In this document: positions 29,549 to 39,771 of the stretch, piece by piece | How the letters are laid out: each line of letters starts with the position of its first letter | Numbering within the stretch: the first letter of the stretch is position 1 | Assembly (NCBI GenBank): GCA_964458565.1 | Contig: CAYWJO010000002.1 | Span: 64,001 to 128,000, forward strand | Source of the DNA: an uncultured archaeon | Lineage (GTDB): Archaea > Asgardarchaeota > Thorarchaeia > Thorarchaeales > Thorarchaeaceae | Length of the DNA: 64,000 bases | Direction of reading: 5' to 3' | Made by a program: the position numbers and the translations under genes | Notes under the pieces: model-generated | Told to the model about the DNA's origin: nothing | Databases searched by the model: none | What the model saw: only the letters and a program-made list of their open reading frames with translations

Positions 29549-29692
29549 TTTCCTCAGAGGAGATTATGATTATACACTAGTGAATTGTTAACATTCAAAT
29601 ATTAGTTGCTATAGTACAGATTTCCTTCACTATTTCCCCTCAATAAAACTCAAATATGTACAAAGCAACAGTGACTTGGTAGTGTATACCCA

Positions 29693-30793
29693 GTGAGCCC
29701 AAAAATAAGAATCGGTTTGATTGGGACCGGGAACATCGGGAGAGTCCATTTAACTAGTTTTCTTGCATTAAGAGCGGCTGGACTCCTTGATATCGAGATA
29801 GCAGCTCTTTGTGATGTAAATCCCGAATCCCTGAATTCTGTAGCAGAAGAGTATAATCCTAATGCCATTTATACGGATTTTCTTGATCTCATTAATGATG
29901 AGAATGTGGATGTAGTTTACATCTGCACTCCTACGAACCTTCATTCCGATATGGTAAAAGCCGCAGCTGAAGTCGGAAAACCAATAATGTGTGAAAAACC
30001 ATTGGCACACAGTTGTCCACAAGCTAGAGAACTTGTGGCAGTGACTCAGAGCGCAGAAGTGAATACAAGTGTTGGTCTGGTGCTTCGTTACGACCAATTT
30101 CTTCTACACGCGAAAAAATTGATTGAGGAAAATGACTTTGGACGTCCCATGCTAGCCCATATTCGTGATGACCAGCATTTTCCTATTGATTATATCTACA
30201 ATAGCAAATGGCGAAGTGAGCTGTCTATAGCGGGTGGTGGTACTCTTATTGAACATAGTATTCATGATATCGATCTTCTCCGTTGGTTCTTTGGAGATAT
30301 CGAGGATGTTTATGCTAAAATTAGTAACTTTTCTGGGAATGAAGTAGAAGACCACGCATCTCTCATCATGACTCATAGAGGCGGTGCAGTGAGTACCCTT
30401 GATTCTATCTGGCATTGGGTGGAACGTCCGAGTGAGCGTAGAATCGAGTTTTTCTTTGAGAAAGGGTATATTGGAATAAAATTAGAGTCATCCAATCGGT
30501 ATCTTATCTATCATCTACAGGGTGAAAGTCCTGTTAGCGTCGATGGCGAAACTGCCAATATTGCACTTCTAGAGAAACTTGGACTCCACGCACACAATCT
30601 GAATCGAAAAGCCTACGAGGCATTAACCTCTAATGGCGGCGAAAGATACGCTGCAATGAGTTACGACTTTCTAAACTCAATCATGAAAGGTGAGTCGTTA
30701 TCTCCAAGTTTTATGGACGCAGTAAACGCACACAAAATAGTCGATGCGGCTTATACCTCTGCCAATGAAGATCGACCATTCAGTCCGCTTTGA
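29693..30793 (+). CDS. Gfo/Idh/MocA oxidoreductase
   Basis: IGLIGTGNIG, ICTPT.LH, CEKPLA, GGG.LIEHSIHDID. Confidence 0.9.
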   Translation: MSPKIRIGLIGTGNIGRVHLTSFLALRAAGLLDIEIAALCDVNPESLNSVAEEYNPNAIYTDFLDLINDENVDVVYICTPTNLHSDMVKAAAEVGKPIMCEKPLAHSCPQARELVAVTQSAEVNTSVGLVLRYDQFLLHAKKLIEENDFGRPMLAHIRDDQHFPIDYIYNSKWRSELSIAGGGTLIEHSIHDIDLLRWFFGDIEDVYAKISNFSGNEVEDHASLIMTHRGGAVSTLDSIWHWVERPSERRIEFFFEKGYIGIKLESSNRYLIYHLQGESPVSVDGETANIALLEKLGLHAHNLNRKAYEALTSNGGERYAAMSYDFLNSIMKGESLSPSFMDAVNAHKIVDAAYTSANEDRPFSPL

Positions 30794-30797
30794 AGTA

Positions 30798-30929
30798 TCA
30801 AGGGAACCCTCCTGGATATGGTCCCATAAGGAAAAGAGGGCCTCCCATAAGCATCGCTATGATTAAAATAATCACAATGATTATGATAATTCGCCTTCGA
30901 TTACTGGTTCTCTCAAAGAATGGGACCAT
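30798..30929 (-). CDS. Small single-pass membrane protein (43 aa) MVPFFERTSNRRRIIIIIVIILIIAMLMGGPLFLMGPYPGGFP
   Basis: My translation. GAGTGA SD-like element, RRR followed by a hydrophobic helix; it fills the intergenic gap exactly. Confidence 0.6.
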   Translation of the reverse strand: MVPFFERTSNRRRIIIIIVIILIIAMLMGGPLFLMGPYPGGFP

Positions 30930-31003
30930 GCTTCATTCACTCTGTTTTGTATGTTTGAACATCCTTAAGTAGAATTTCCCGCTCTCAATTATTCAGAGGT
31001 ACA

Positions 31004-32374
31004 ATGCAGGAAATTCCGCTCGAGAAAATTACTCCATCCAACTATGATGTGATTATTGCAGGTGCCGGAGCTGGAGGATTACTCACAGCGCTAGCACTCA
31101 CAGGACAGGGAAAAAGAGTCTTAATACTCGAAAAAACCAGGCGTCTTGGAGGAGTATGGTTTGGATACAATGTTGATGGTTTCAGAGTGGATAATGGTAT
31201 CCATGTCATAACAAGAGTAAAACATGGTGCATTTGCGAGATTCATGAGAACCCACCTAGATCCCCCTCCTGAGTTCATCCTCCATGAAGGGTGGTATTTT
31301 CGTGTTCATGATAGGGTTGGAACTATACCTTCTACTGTGGGCGAAACGCTTCGTTGGCCTCTCACAGGGCTCAAAGGTCGATTAGGTCTCGCTCGAATTG
31401 GCGCAAAAATAAAGACCATGAAACTTGAAGAGATGGAACAGTACAAGGATATCTCATTTCAGGAATTCATGGAATCAAAAGGAGCAACAAATCAGGTAAT
31501 GCTAGATGTGATGCAGAGTGCAATCTTCATGGCAGCTGGTGTGCCCATAGACCAAGCCTCCGCTTATGAATCACTCCGCACTCTAAAAGATACCGATAAA
31601 GAGTCCACAAAACTTGGCTCCGCGAAACGTCTAATCTTGGGTGGGTCTGAGTATGACGAGGGTTACGTTATAGGTGGAATGAAGGGGCTCGTTGAAAGCG
31701 TTATTGAAGCCATCAATGGCGATTATGTGCTGAATGCAAATGTAGAGGTGATAACTGAAGAAGAGGGTAAAGTCACAGGTCTTACTGTAAATGGTGTGAA
31801 GATTGAACACACCACATTTGTGAGTAATATTCCCTTATGGTCGATGCCTGCCATCATAAAGTCTGAGAATCCGGAGGTCACATCATTCTTCAAAGAATGG
31901 GATCACATGATAGTGACCAAAGGATTGACTGTTTGGCTCTGTCTAGATGAGATTGTCATTGGAGACCGACAATCTCGGGTATTAGTTCGTCCGAATCCAA
32001 ATCGGTGGATAATCTCGGTTTCAAGTTTTGACCCATCTGCAGCTCCTGAAGGAAAAGAACTTGTTGCAGTAGCTACAATGCGAGATGAGTCAATGAGTGT
32101 TGATGAACAGGTTGATGTGATGCTGAGTAATGGGTTTGAAAAATACTACCCTGAAGTGCTTAAACATATTGAGATGAAACATGTACAGACATCCTATGCA
32201 ACTCGTGCCGCTTTAATTCCTGGTCAGACTGATTTAGATCGTCCCGGACCACGTACTCCAATAAAGGGTCTCTACATTGTTGGAACTGATACAGCTGGAG
32301 CTGGTGTGGGTCTTCAACAAGCTGCTAATTCAGCAGAAGGCGTACTTAATGCTCTCATAAATGATCTCAGCTAA
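31004..32374 (+). CDS. FAD-dependent oxidoreductase, phytoene desaturase-like
   Basis: DVIIAGAGAGGL..A, LEK...LGG, VDNGIH, DPSAAPEGK, TPIKGLYIVG. Confidence 0.85.
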   Translation: MQEIPLEKITPSNYDVIIAGAGAGGLLTALALTGQGKRVLILEKTRRLGGVWFGYNVDGFRVDNGIHVITRVKHGAFARFMRTHLDPPPEFILHEGWYFRVHDRVGTIPSTVGETLRWPLTGLKGRLGLARIGAKIKTMKLEEMEQYKDISFQEFMESKGATNQVMLDVMQSAIFMAAGVPIDQASAYESLRTLKDTDKESTKLGSAKRLILGGSEYDEGYVIGGMKGLVESVIEAINGDYVLNANVEVITEEEGKVTGLTVNGVKIEHTTFVSNIPLWSMPAIIKSENPEVTSFFKEWDHMIVTKGLTVWLCLDEIVIGDRQSRVLVRPNPNRWIISVSSFDPSAAPEGKELVAVATMRDESMSVDEQVDVMLSNGFEKYYPEVLKHIEMKHVQTSYATRAALIPGQTDLDRPGPRTPIKGLYIVGTDTAGAGVGLQQAANSAEGVLNALINDLS

Positions 32375-32383
32375 AGTATGAAC

Positions 32384-33199
32384 CTATTCTTTTACTGCTT
32401 TGAGGGAGAACATCATTGGCAAGAGATTCTCTCTGCCTGGGAGAATCCATCTTCCATTATCCGTCTCTTTTAGCATTGTCAGATAACGGAACTTGATAAA
32501 AGGAAATTCATTGAAGAACTGAATTCTTAAGCCCGATTTCACGGTTGCATTGATTATTCTTGAGACCGGATGATTCCATTCATATTGCGGCATCGGTTTA
32601 ATTTTTTTATCACCTGATGCATAAGATGAATCGAATTCAAACTTCATGGGTTTCTTACCCTGAAAGTATGGATATCTTACCTTTGGAGTTTTTTCTTCTG
32701 ATTCATCATCAAAGACATAGAAGAACGGATGAAAATCTCTGAGGTATAGAACCCCCCCTGGTTTCAAGAATTGCGAGATTATCCAGAAGAGACCGTCCAT
32801 ATCAGGAAGCCACACCAAGACACCTTCACTCATGAAGACGATATCGAATTTTCCTTTCAGATTCTTAGGAAGATCATACACGTTTGATTGTACAAATTTT
32901 CCACTAAGACTGGTTTGTTTTGCAAGTTTGCGTGCAGCATCTATTGCAGTTTCTGAGATATCAACTCCAGTGACCACCGCACCATGTCTTGCCCATGATA
33001 ATGTATCCAGACCGAAATGGCACATAAGATGCAGCAGTGTTTTACCCTTGACATTTCCCACTTCTTCTATATCAAGTGGGTCTAGCGTTTCTCTCCCGTT
33101 TAAAAAACCCTCAACATCATAGAATTCCGATTTCATATGAACCTCTGTTCTATTTTCCCACATCTCCTTGTTAGCTTTGATGAATTCTTCATTATCCAA
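32384..33199 (-). CDS. Class I SAM-dependent methyltransferase
   Basis: LLHLMCHFGLDTLS, TGVDIS, FDIVF, LKPGG. Confidence 0.88.
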   Translation of the reverse strand: MDNEEFIKANKEMWENRTEVHMKSEFYDVEGFLNGRETLDPLDIEEVGNVKGKTLLHLMCHFGLDTLSWARHGAVVTGVDISETAIDAARKLAKQTSLSGKFVQSNVYDLPKNLKGKFDIVFMSEGVLVWLPDMDGLFWIISQFLKPGGVLYLRDFHPFFYVFDDESEEKTPKVRYPYFQGKKPMKFEFDSSYASGDKKIKPMPQYEWNHPVSRIINATVKSGLRIQFFNEFPFIKFRYLTMLKETDNGRWILPGRENLLPMMFSLKAVKE

Positions 33200-33303
33200 G
33201 GTAAGTTAACTCCTACTATCGCTCTTGTTTCAATATGGTTCTCATTATGAGGAATGTGTTATTCAACTGTCTACATAATGTAACAACAATCTAAGATGAG
33301 TTG

Positions 33304-33783
33304 CTACTCCTTTTTGTTCTCAGTTTGGATTCTTCTTATCAGGTTCTCTATTAGATGAATAAGTCGATTTACACAGGATTCATAGCTCTCTTTTGAATGT
33401 CCCCAGCAATCCTCCACATTTCCTTGTTCTCCTGCAAACTCTGTCAAAAGGTGTGTTTTTTCCTCTGATGCATTATATTCCTGTATCAACTTGTCTCGAT
33501 GTTTGGATTCCATCGTGAGAATAAGGTCAAACGACTCCAGTAATTCCTGTGTCACTTGAGTCGCAGTATGATCGTCTAGTACGATTCCCCGTTCACCCAT
33601 GACTTCTACTGCTAGATTCTCTGCTTTCTCTCCTTCGTGCGCGTGGAGTCCCGCTGAACTCACCTGAATTCCTTGAATATTCGAATCCTTGCTTCTTGCC
33701 ACCTCCGCTTTCATGATGTTTTCTGCCATAGCACTTCTACCAGTGTTTCCAGTGCACACAAAGAGAACTCTCATTTGAACCAA
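33304..33783 (-). CDS. Low-molecular-weight protein tyrosine/arginine phosphatase family
   Basis: VLFVCTGNTGRSAMAE P-loop, SSAG, DLILTM. Confidence 0.85.
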   Translation of the reverse strand: MVQMRVLFVCTGNTGRSAMAENIMKAEVARSKDSNIQGIQVSSAGLHAHEGEKAENLAVEVMGERGIVLDDHTATQVTQELLESFDLILTMESKHRDKLIQEYNASEEKTHLLTEFAGEQGNVEDCWGHSKESYESCVNRLIHLIENLIRRIQTENKKE

Positions 33784-33882
33784 TCAAGCCTTGTTCAAGT
33801 TTGCATATAGTCGTAACGAAAAGGTTTTGTTGTGGCTCTACGACTTTCAATTCAACCGTAGGTCATTTTAGGAGCCTTCATT

Positions 33883-34437
33883 ATGAAGATGATTGAGATT
33901 CGCTGGCATGGGCGTGGTGGACAGGGTGGTGTGACGAGTGCAGAACTATTAGCTAAAGCTGCGTATATTGATGGTTACAAAGGAGTACAAGCCTTTCCAT
34001 ACTTTGGTGCAGAACGACGAGGTGCACCAGTGAAAGCGTTTACAAGGATATCAGATAGAGAAATCAATGTTCGTAGCCAAATCTATGAACCAGATATAGT
34101 AGCAGTTCTTGACTCCAGTATAATTGATTTAATCGATGTCACTGAGGGTCTTAAGGAGAATGGAAAAATCATCATAAATATCGATAAAGCCCCAGACGAA
34201 CTAGACTTGGCAGGTCACGTCTATACGTATGATGGGACCGGCATTGCACTAAGATACGGTCTCTTAGTTGCAGGGCTCCCTGTTGTAAATACTACAATGC
34301 TCGGTGCTTTCTCAAAAGCGACTGGACTTGTGAAATTAGAAACTGTACAGGAAGTCATCCGTCAGAAATGGCCTGGTAAAGTTGGAGATCGAAACGCAGA
34401 TGGAGCGAAAGAAGCCTTCGATTCCTGTATTGATTAA
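33883..34437 (+). CDS. porC: Pyruvate/2-oxoacid:ferredoxin oxidoreductase gamma subunit
   Basis: EIRWHGRGGQG, QAFPYFGAERRGAPV, NTTMLGA. Confidence 0.9.
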   Translation: MKMIEIRWHGRGGQGGVTSAELLAKAAYIDGYKGVQAFPYFGAERRGAPVKAFTRISDREINVRSQIYEPDIVAVLDSSIIDLIDVTEGLKENGKIIINIDKAPDELDLAGHVYTYDGTGIALRYGLLVAGLPVVNTTMLGAFSKATGLVKLETVQEVIRQKWPGKVGDRNADGAKEAFDSCID

Positions 34438-34462
34438 TTATATTTACAAAAATAGCGGAATG

Positions 34463-34481
34463 AGGTGGAATCAATCCACCT
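34463..34481. terminator. Hairpin between convergent genes
   Basis: AGGTGGA-ATCAA-TCCACCT. Confidence 0.4.
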
Positions 34482-35259
34482 ATGCAAACATTCTCTCGTA
34501 ACCTCGACTTGGCGTTCCTGGCATTTGTCTTCTCATTCCATCTACCTGTTGAGCCATGTCTTCCATTTTCTTTCGAATATTCTCTGCACTTTCTTGAAGT
34601 TCATGAATATCCACATCGACATGGTACAACCGATTCAATGCTTCAATTAATTGAATTGCACCTTCAGGATCTGGAATAATTGCAATAGCTGGAGTAAGTA
34701 GTGCAAAACCAACCATTGAACGACAGAGAGTTTCAGATAGTATCGAACCTGCTATACCGGTTATGATTCCTTTGGAGAGAATCTCCATTTTTTCATCTTT
34801 GATCAGATCTGCAAGTTTCTCCTCTTCGGCAGCATATAGAACCTTTCTATCAGTGGGTAAACCCTGAACAGGAATCCCATCTAGAACTACCGTTTCTTTA
34901 ACTCCTACTTCTGCCGCCCAATCGAGAAGGGCTGAACTTACAGCATACATACCCTCCTCCGCAATTGGGAGTTCTGTAGTGACAACGATAAGTTTCTTTT
35001 CTACGCTAGCATAGATTCTGAAAGGGTGGCGTAGTCTACCATCTAGAAAAACAGCTGCAGATGGCATATATTTAGAACGAACATGTGCAATCTCTTCCAT
35101 CTTGAATTGGTCAATAATGGTGTTTGCAGCTATTGTTCCAACCACACCTGCTGATGGAAAACAGCATACCATTAATGGATTGGCAATACTAACTTCTTTT
35201 GTTTGGACAACCTGTGCGTCTGGTGCTCCCAATATTTTTGCTGGACAATCATCGGTCAT
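34480..35259 (-). CDS. PAC2-family proteasome assembly chaperone
   Basis: FPSAGVVGTIAA, HPFRIY, GIITGIAG.IL, PDPEGA..LIEAL, L.E.AE.I; C-terminus ...MFA. Confidence 0.85.
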   Translation of the reverse strand: MTDDCPAKILGAPDAQVVQTKEVSIANPLMVCCFPSAGVVGTIAANTIIDQFKMEEIAHVRSKYMPSAAVFLDGRLRHPFRIYASVEKKLIVVTTELPIAEEGMYAVSSALLDWAAEVGVKETVVLDGIPVQGLPTDRKVLYAAEEEKLADLIKDEKMEILSKGIITGIAGSILSETLCRSMVGFALLTPAIAIIPDPEGAIQLIEALNRLYHVDVDIHELQESAENIRKKMEDMAQQVDGMRRQMPGTPSRGYERMFA

Positions 35260-35309
35260 AATACTAATCTCACAGATTATCACGTCAGAAGACGAATATT
35301 AAGTTTGAG

Positions 35310-36701
35310 TCATAGAGGTTCCAGATGAACAAAAACTGCAGACACATCTTGAATTTCTTGTTTTACTCTTTTTTCAATCGCAATAGCAACATTGTGGCTC
35401 TCTTCAATAGATAATTGACCATCAACACTACAATCTATAGAGATTGTGAAACCGTGTTCATCACGATTAACAATGACATTATGACATCCATGTGCTAGTG
35501 GTTCTTCTTGCACTATTTTCCTGACAGCAGTGAAAATGCCTTCCTTTTCAGCAGAAGTGTCAACAACCGTTTCCTCCGTTTCCAAGTGAAAGGTGATATG
35601 TTTGATTGTATCAAACTCTTCCTTTAGTCTGGATTCGAGTTCGGATGATATTCTGTGTCCTTTTTCAAGGGTCATTTTAGCTTTCAATTCAAGATCTGCT
35701 GCAACATAAACTCCATCCGCCATGTCATGAACTCGGATATTGTGAATGCTCCTAATCTCATCATCAGAAATAGAGAGTCGTTGCATGAACTGATAGATTT
35801 CATCTTGCTTGTGCGCATCTTGTCTTATTGCTGGTTCCATATGAACAATAACATCCACCCTTGGTGCTAGATGTTCCATCTTTTTCTCAATACTATCTGC
35901 AATGTTATGGGCTTCTGACAATGGAACATCCTCCCCTAGTGACACCACAAGATCAACAAAGAGATCAGGTCCAGACATTCGCACTCTTGCTCTTTGACAT
36001 TTTTCAACTCCTACAACTTGTAGACAGAGTTCGTCAATTTCCTCACGTAACCCTGGTGGAGCTTTATCAATTAGATAATCATATGCTCTACGACCAAGAT
36101 TCAAGGATACTACAAAGATGATGATTGAAACACCAATCGCCGCAAGAGGATCAGCGATAGGAAGCCCAATCCAAACGAAGCATACCCCTGCTAGAACCAC
36201 TGCTGAGCTAATCATATCAGTGCTGAAATGAAGTGCATCCGCTTCGAGGGCTTGACTTCCATGTTCCTCCGCGGTTCTGAATAGCATCCTACTACGCTCC
36301 CAATCAATAAATATGCTCAACACCATAATAGCGATACCCGCTATTGAGGGATGGGGAAACTCTAGAAGTTGGATTCTTCTGAATGCCTCGTATATAATCC
36401 AGATTGATGTAACCCATAAGATAATTGTTTCAGCAAGAGCTGCGAAATTTTCAATTTTACCATGGCCATATTGATGATCCGTGTCGGGTTCTTTTGATGC
36501 TCTTCTGACTGCAATGAATGTAATACCTGCTGCAGCCATATCTAGTCCACTATGTGCTGCTTCTGAGAGAATACCCAGTGAATTGTCCAGCAATCCGACA
36601 ATGAGTTTGATCACTGTGAGAAAAAGTGCAGCGAGAATTGAAAGAAGTGCTGCTCTCTGTACTTTTCTTCTTCCTTCATCTTGGGTCATATCAATCATCA
36701 T
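35310..36701 (-). CDS. Cation diffusion facilitator with three C-terminal dimerization (ZT) domains
   Basis: SEAAHSGLD, HQYGHGKIEN, ADALHFSTD; three ...H.EP/HLE repeats. Confidence 0.88.
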   Translation of the reverse strand: MMIDMTQDEGRRKVQRAALLSILAALFLTVIKLIVGLLDNSLGILSEAAHSGLDMAAAGITFIAVRRASKEPDTDHQYGHGKIENFAALAETIILWVTSIWIIYEAFRRIQLLEFPHPSIAGIAIMVLSIFIDWERSRMLFRTAEEHGSQALEADALHFSTDMISSAVVLAGVCFVWIGLPIADPLAAIGVSIIIFVVSLNLGRRAYDYLIDKAPPGLREEIDELCLQVVGVEKCQRARVRMSGPDLFVDLVVSLGEDVPLSEAHNIADSIEKKMEHLAPRVDVIVHMEPAIRQDAHKQDEIYQFMQRLSISDDEIRSIHNIRVHDMADGVYVAADLELKAKMTLEKGHRISSELESRLKEEFDTIKHITFHLETEETVVDTSAEKEGIFTAVRKIVQEEPLAHGCHNVIVNRDEHGFTISIDCSVDGQLSIEESHNVAIAIEKRVKQEIQDVSAVFVHLEPL

Positions 36702-36826
36702 CTGACCTCTTTACGGGATTATTAAAACTTCTCAATCGACCTATCAATTTTGGAATGCATGATGCTTTTAGGGAGCTTGAATACACTCAAACATAACCTC
36801 TGTCTATTTGCTAAAGGTGTTACTAA

Positions 36827-37984
36827 TTGAAATTCAGAACGGAAGATATTATGCCTCCACCGATCGTGAAGATTTCCGAAGCTGCTCAGAGATTCATAAA
36901 TTCTCCAGATTTTCTGAATCTTGGACAAGGTTTACCTGGTCACATCCCTCCATTACGGGCACTATCATCTCTGAGTGATAACGTGAAACACCCTTCTCTT
37001 CATAGATATACTTCTGACCAAGGCCATCTGGAACTCCGTGAAGAATTAGCAATCTATCTGAGAAAATTCTTCAATATCAAGGTTAACCCCCAGACTGAAT
37101 TAGTCATTACTGCGGGAGCTAATTCAGGTCTTGCGGGAACTATTCTTACTCTTGTGGGCTCTGGTGATAATGTGATTATGCCGACTCCTTTCTATTTCAA
37201 TGCCGCAATGGCAGTAAAACTAGCAGGGGGCGATGTCTTTGAATCTCCTGTAGATGAAAGATTTCAGCCCAACCTAGAACACATAGCATCTCTTGTTAAT
37301 GAGAAGACAAAGGCCATTGTATTGATTTCCCCAAACAATCCAACTGGTGCAGTCTATCATAGAAATATCATCGATGAGATTGTGAACATCTGTATAGACA
37401 ACGATATCATTCTCATATCTGATGAAACCTATGCACGGCTAGTGTATGATGGAGCAGAGCACTACAGTCCACAGATTCGCAAGGAGGCACAGAATAATAT
37501 CGTAACAGTTGCCAGTTTCTCAAAGGACTTTGGGATGAGTGGTTGGAGAGTTGGATACAATATAGGTCCTGAAAGATTCATCAATGAATACCTCAAAGTT
37601 CAAGATACGATTACAATTTGTGCACCAACTGCTGGACAAGTTCTAGCATTAGAGATATTGAAACACAATCTGGATGAAATTGACCATGAGCTTCGACGCC
37701 TTGGTACACTCAGAGAATTAGCTTACCTGCGAGCACGTGAAATTGATTCTCTGGAGTTCTATAAAACCTCTGGAACTTTCTACATGTTCCCTCGCGTTAA
37801 GAATTGTAAGGATTCAAGAACATTGGTTCTAGATATTCTCAACTCAATTCATACGCTTGTTTTACCTGGTAGCATCTTTGGACCGAGCGGGGAAGGACAC
37901 ATTCGAATTTCTATTGGCCCTCTTACACCTGATGCGGTTGATGAAGCATTTGATCGATTAGGGTCATATTTTAACAGGAATTAA
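36827..37984 (+). CDS. PLP-dependent class I/II aminotransferase
   Basis: NLGQGLP, SPNNPTG, SDETY, SFSKDFGMSGWRVG. Confidence 0.92.
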   Translation: MKFRTEDIMPPPIVKISEAAQRFINSPDFLNLGQGLPGHIPPLRALSSLSDNVKHPSLHRYTSDQGHLELREELAIYLRKFFNIKVNPQTELVITAGANSGLAGTILTLVGSGDNVIMPTPFYFNAAMAVKLAGGDVFESPVDERFQPNLEHIASLVNEKTKAIVLISPNNPTGAVYHRNIIDEIVNICIDNDIILISDETYARLVYDGAEHYSPQIRKEAQNNIVTVASFSKDFGMSGWRVGYNIGPERFINEYLKVQDTITICAPTAGQVLALEILKHNLDEIDHELRRLGTLRELAYLRAREIDSLEFYKTSGTFYMFPRVKNCKDSRTLVLDILNSIHTLVLPGSIFGPSGEGHIRISIGPLTPDAVDEAFDRLGSYFNRN

Positions 37985-39300
37985 GCGTCCCTGTAAGTCT
38001 GCCATTCCCAGTCTGTTACAGCGAAATTAATGTACTCTATCCATTCTTCTCTCTTTATTTTAAGAAATGACTTAGCCACACCCTCTCCAAGAGCCTTCAG
38101 AATCACTTTATCATTCTCAAGGCAATTCAGTGCAATTCCAAGATTTGGAGGTAACATTGTAATTCCTAATTTTTCTCTCTCCTTATCGCTCATATGAAAG
38201 ATGTCTTCAGTCCTAGGTTCTGGAGGCGTGAGTTTTTTATCAATCCCATCAAGACCTGCTGCAAATAGTGCAGTAAATAGGAGATATGGATTTGTCATTG
38301 GATCCGCGGACCTGAATTCAAGTGCTGCTTTCAGTCCTTCGACAAACATTGGCACCCGGACAAGCGCAGTGCGATTCATAAATCCCCATGAAACATAAAC
38401 TGGCGCCTCGTAATGCGGGACCAATCGTTTGTATGAATTTACAGTCGGATTTGCAATGGCTGTTATTGCTGGTGCATGTTCAAGAAGTCCGGCAACAAAT
38501 GATTTAGCTATTTCAGAGAGTTCATCGCCCTGATTTTGACCAAAAAGATTCTTCTCACCATCCCATAGTTGTAGGTGACAATGCATTCCATTACCAGCGG
38601 CCTTAGGGAATGGCTTTGGCATGAAGGTTACACCTATTCCATTCGAGAGTGCAATAGCTCTAGCAACATTCTTGAAAAGTAAAATATAATCCGCCATTTT
38701 TCTCGCTTCTTCATACTCCAACTCAATTTCCTGTTGAGATTCTCCTACTTCATGGTGGATTACGCGAGGATGTATACCTATAGTTTGAATCGCGGTGGCA
38801 ATTTCAAGCAAGATATCTCCACTGAGATTCTGGGGATATGTATCAGCATATTTCCCACGGTCATACGGTCCTCCTTCCGGATGTACAAAATGGAATTCGG
38901 GTTCAATCTTTATCTGGAGATGCATATTATCAGGTACACTCTCGCAGAATGAATGCAGGACGCCTCGCGTATCTTGAGAATAATATCCTTTGGCTTCTGT
39001 AAGTACAGCGGATTTCTCCTTTACGAAACACATTGCTGCCGCTGTTCGAGGGACTGAATATGGCAATTCGATAAGACTAGAGAAATCTGGCACCAATCTC
39101 AAATCAGATGCCTCCACATTTGCAAGACCAGTAATCGAACTGCCATCAATGGATGTTCCATCCATCAATGCAGGATCACTGCGGACTTCTTCAATAGTTT
39201 CAACTGGTTTACAAGGTACTGTCATACCCTTCATTCGACCCAATATATCCACAAATTGAAACTCAATATACTCGATTGGATCCATTTGCTTCTGCTCCAC
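37981..39300 (-). CDS. Glutamine synthetase family protein
   Basis: IDGSSI, HHEV..SQQEI, TFMPKP, GNGMHCH, NRTALVRVP, EFRSADP. Confidence 0.9.
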   Translation of the reverse strand: MEQKQMDPIEYIEFQFVDILGRMKGMTVPCKPVETIEEVRSDPALMDGTSIDGSSITGLANVEASDLRLVPDFSSLIELPYSVPRTAAAMCFVKEKSAVLTEAKGYYSQDTRGVLHSFCESVPDNMHLQIKIEPEFHFVHPEGGPYDRGKYADTYPQNLSGDILLEIATAIQTIGIHPRVIHHEVGESQQEIELEYEEARKMADYILLFKNVARAIALSNGIGVTFMPKPFPKAAGNGMHCHLQLWDGEKNLFGQNQGDELSEIAKSFVAGLLEHAPAITAIANPTVNSYKRLVPHYEAPVYVSWGFMNRTALVRVPMFVEGLKAALEFRSADPMTNPYLLFTALFAAGLDGIDKKLTPPEPRTEDIFHMSDKEREKLGITMLPPNLGIALNCLENDKVILKALGEGVAKSFLKIKREEWIEYINFAVTDWEWQTYRDA

Positions 39301-39361
39301 TCTGATTGATGCACCTAGGCGCGGACATCCCCCTAATTAAAACCTGCTTTATATATCAAAA

Positions 39362-39682
39362 CTATCCCCAAAGCTCTCTGTACCATATCTCTGCTTCATC
39401 TCCAAGCTCTAATCGGACGGATCCGCTGAGAACACTGACCTCTTCACCCTCTTTCACTTCAAAATTAATTGCCTGGATTCTGATTGCTTTCTTCTCAAGA
39501 TGTACATTGTTGATATTTCTTGCATGCATACGTGCTACTCTTTTTCCCCCATCCATAACCAGCAGGAGTTCTTCATAGGTGATATCACACTTCATCTTGA
39601 ATTTATTTTCCTTGAAGTCACCAACGTGTGTATCCAAGTTACTAAACTCTGTCTTGATATTCTCAGCTTTCATTGCACTCAA
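39362..39682 (-). CDS. Hypothetical protein, possible PH-like fold
   Basis: Beta-rich 106 aa ending in helix DEAEIWYREL. Confidence 0.5.
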   Translation of the reverse strand: MSAMKAENIKTEFSNLDTHVGDFKENKFKMKCDITYEELLLVMDGGKRVARMHARNINNVHLEKKAIRIQAINFEVKEGEEVSVLSGSVRLELGDEAEIWYRELWG

Positions 39683-39771
39683 ACCAAATCCAAGTATTTT
39701 CCTTAATAATGTCTGGCTTCATGGAAATGATAAGACAAAAAACATCTTTCAGCTTACATTTGGTGAAGATT

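Noticed and set aside
30790-30972. Plus-strand 60-aa ORF in the track
   Set aside because: Shadow of the better-supported minus-strand 43-aa membrane ORF.
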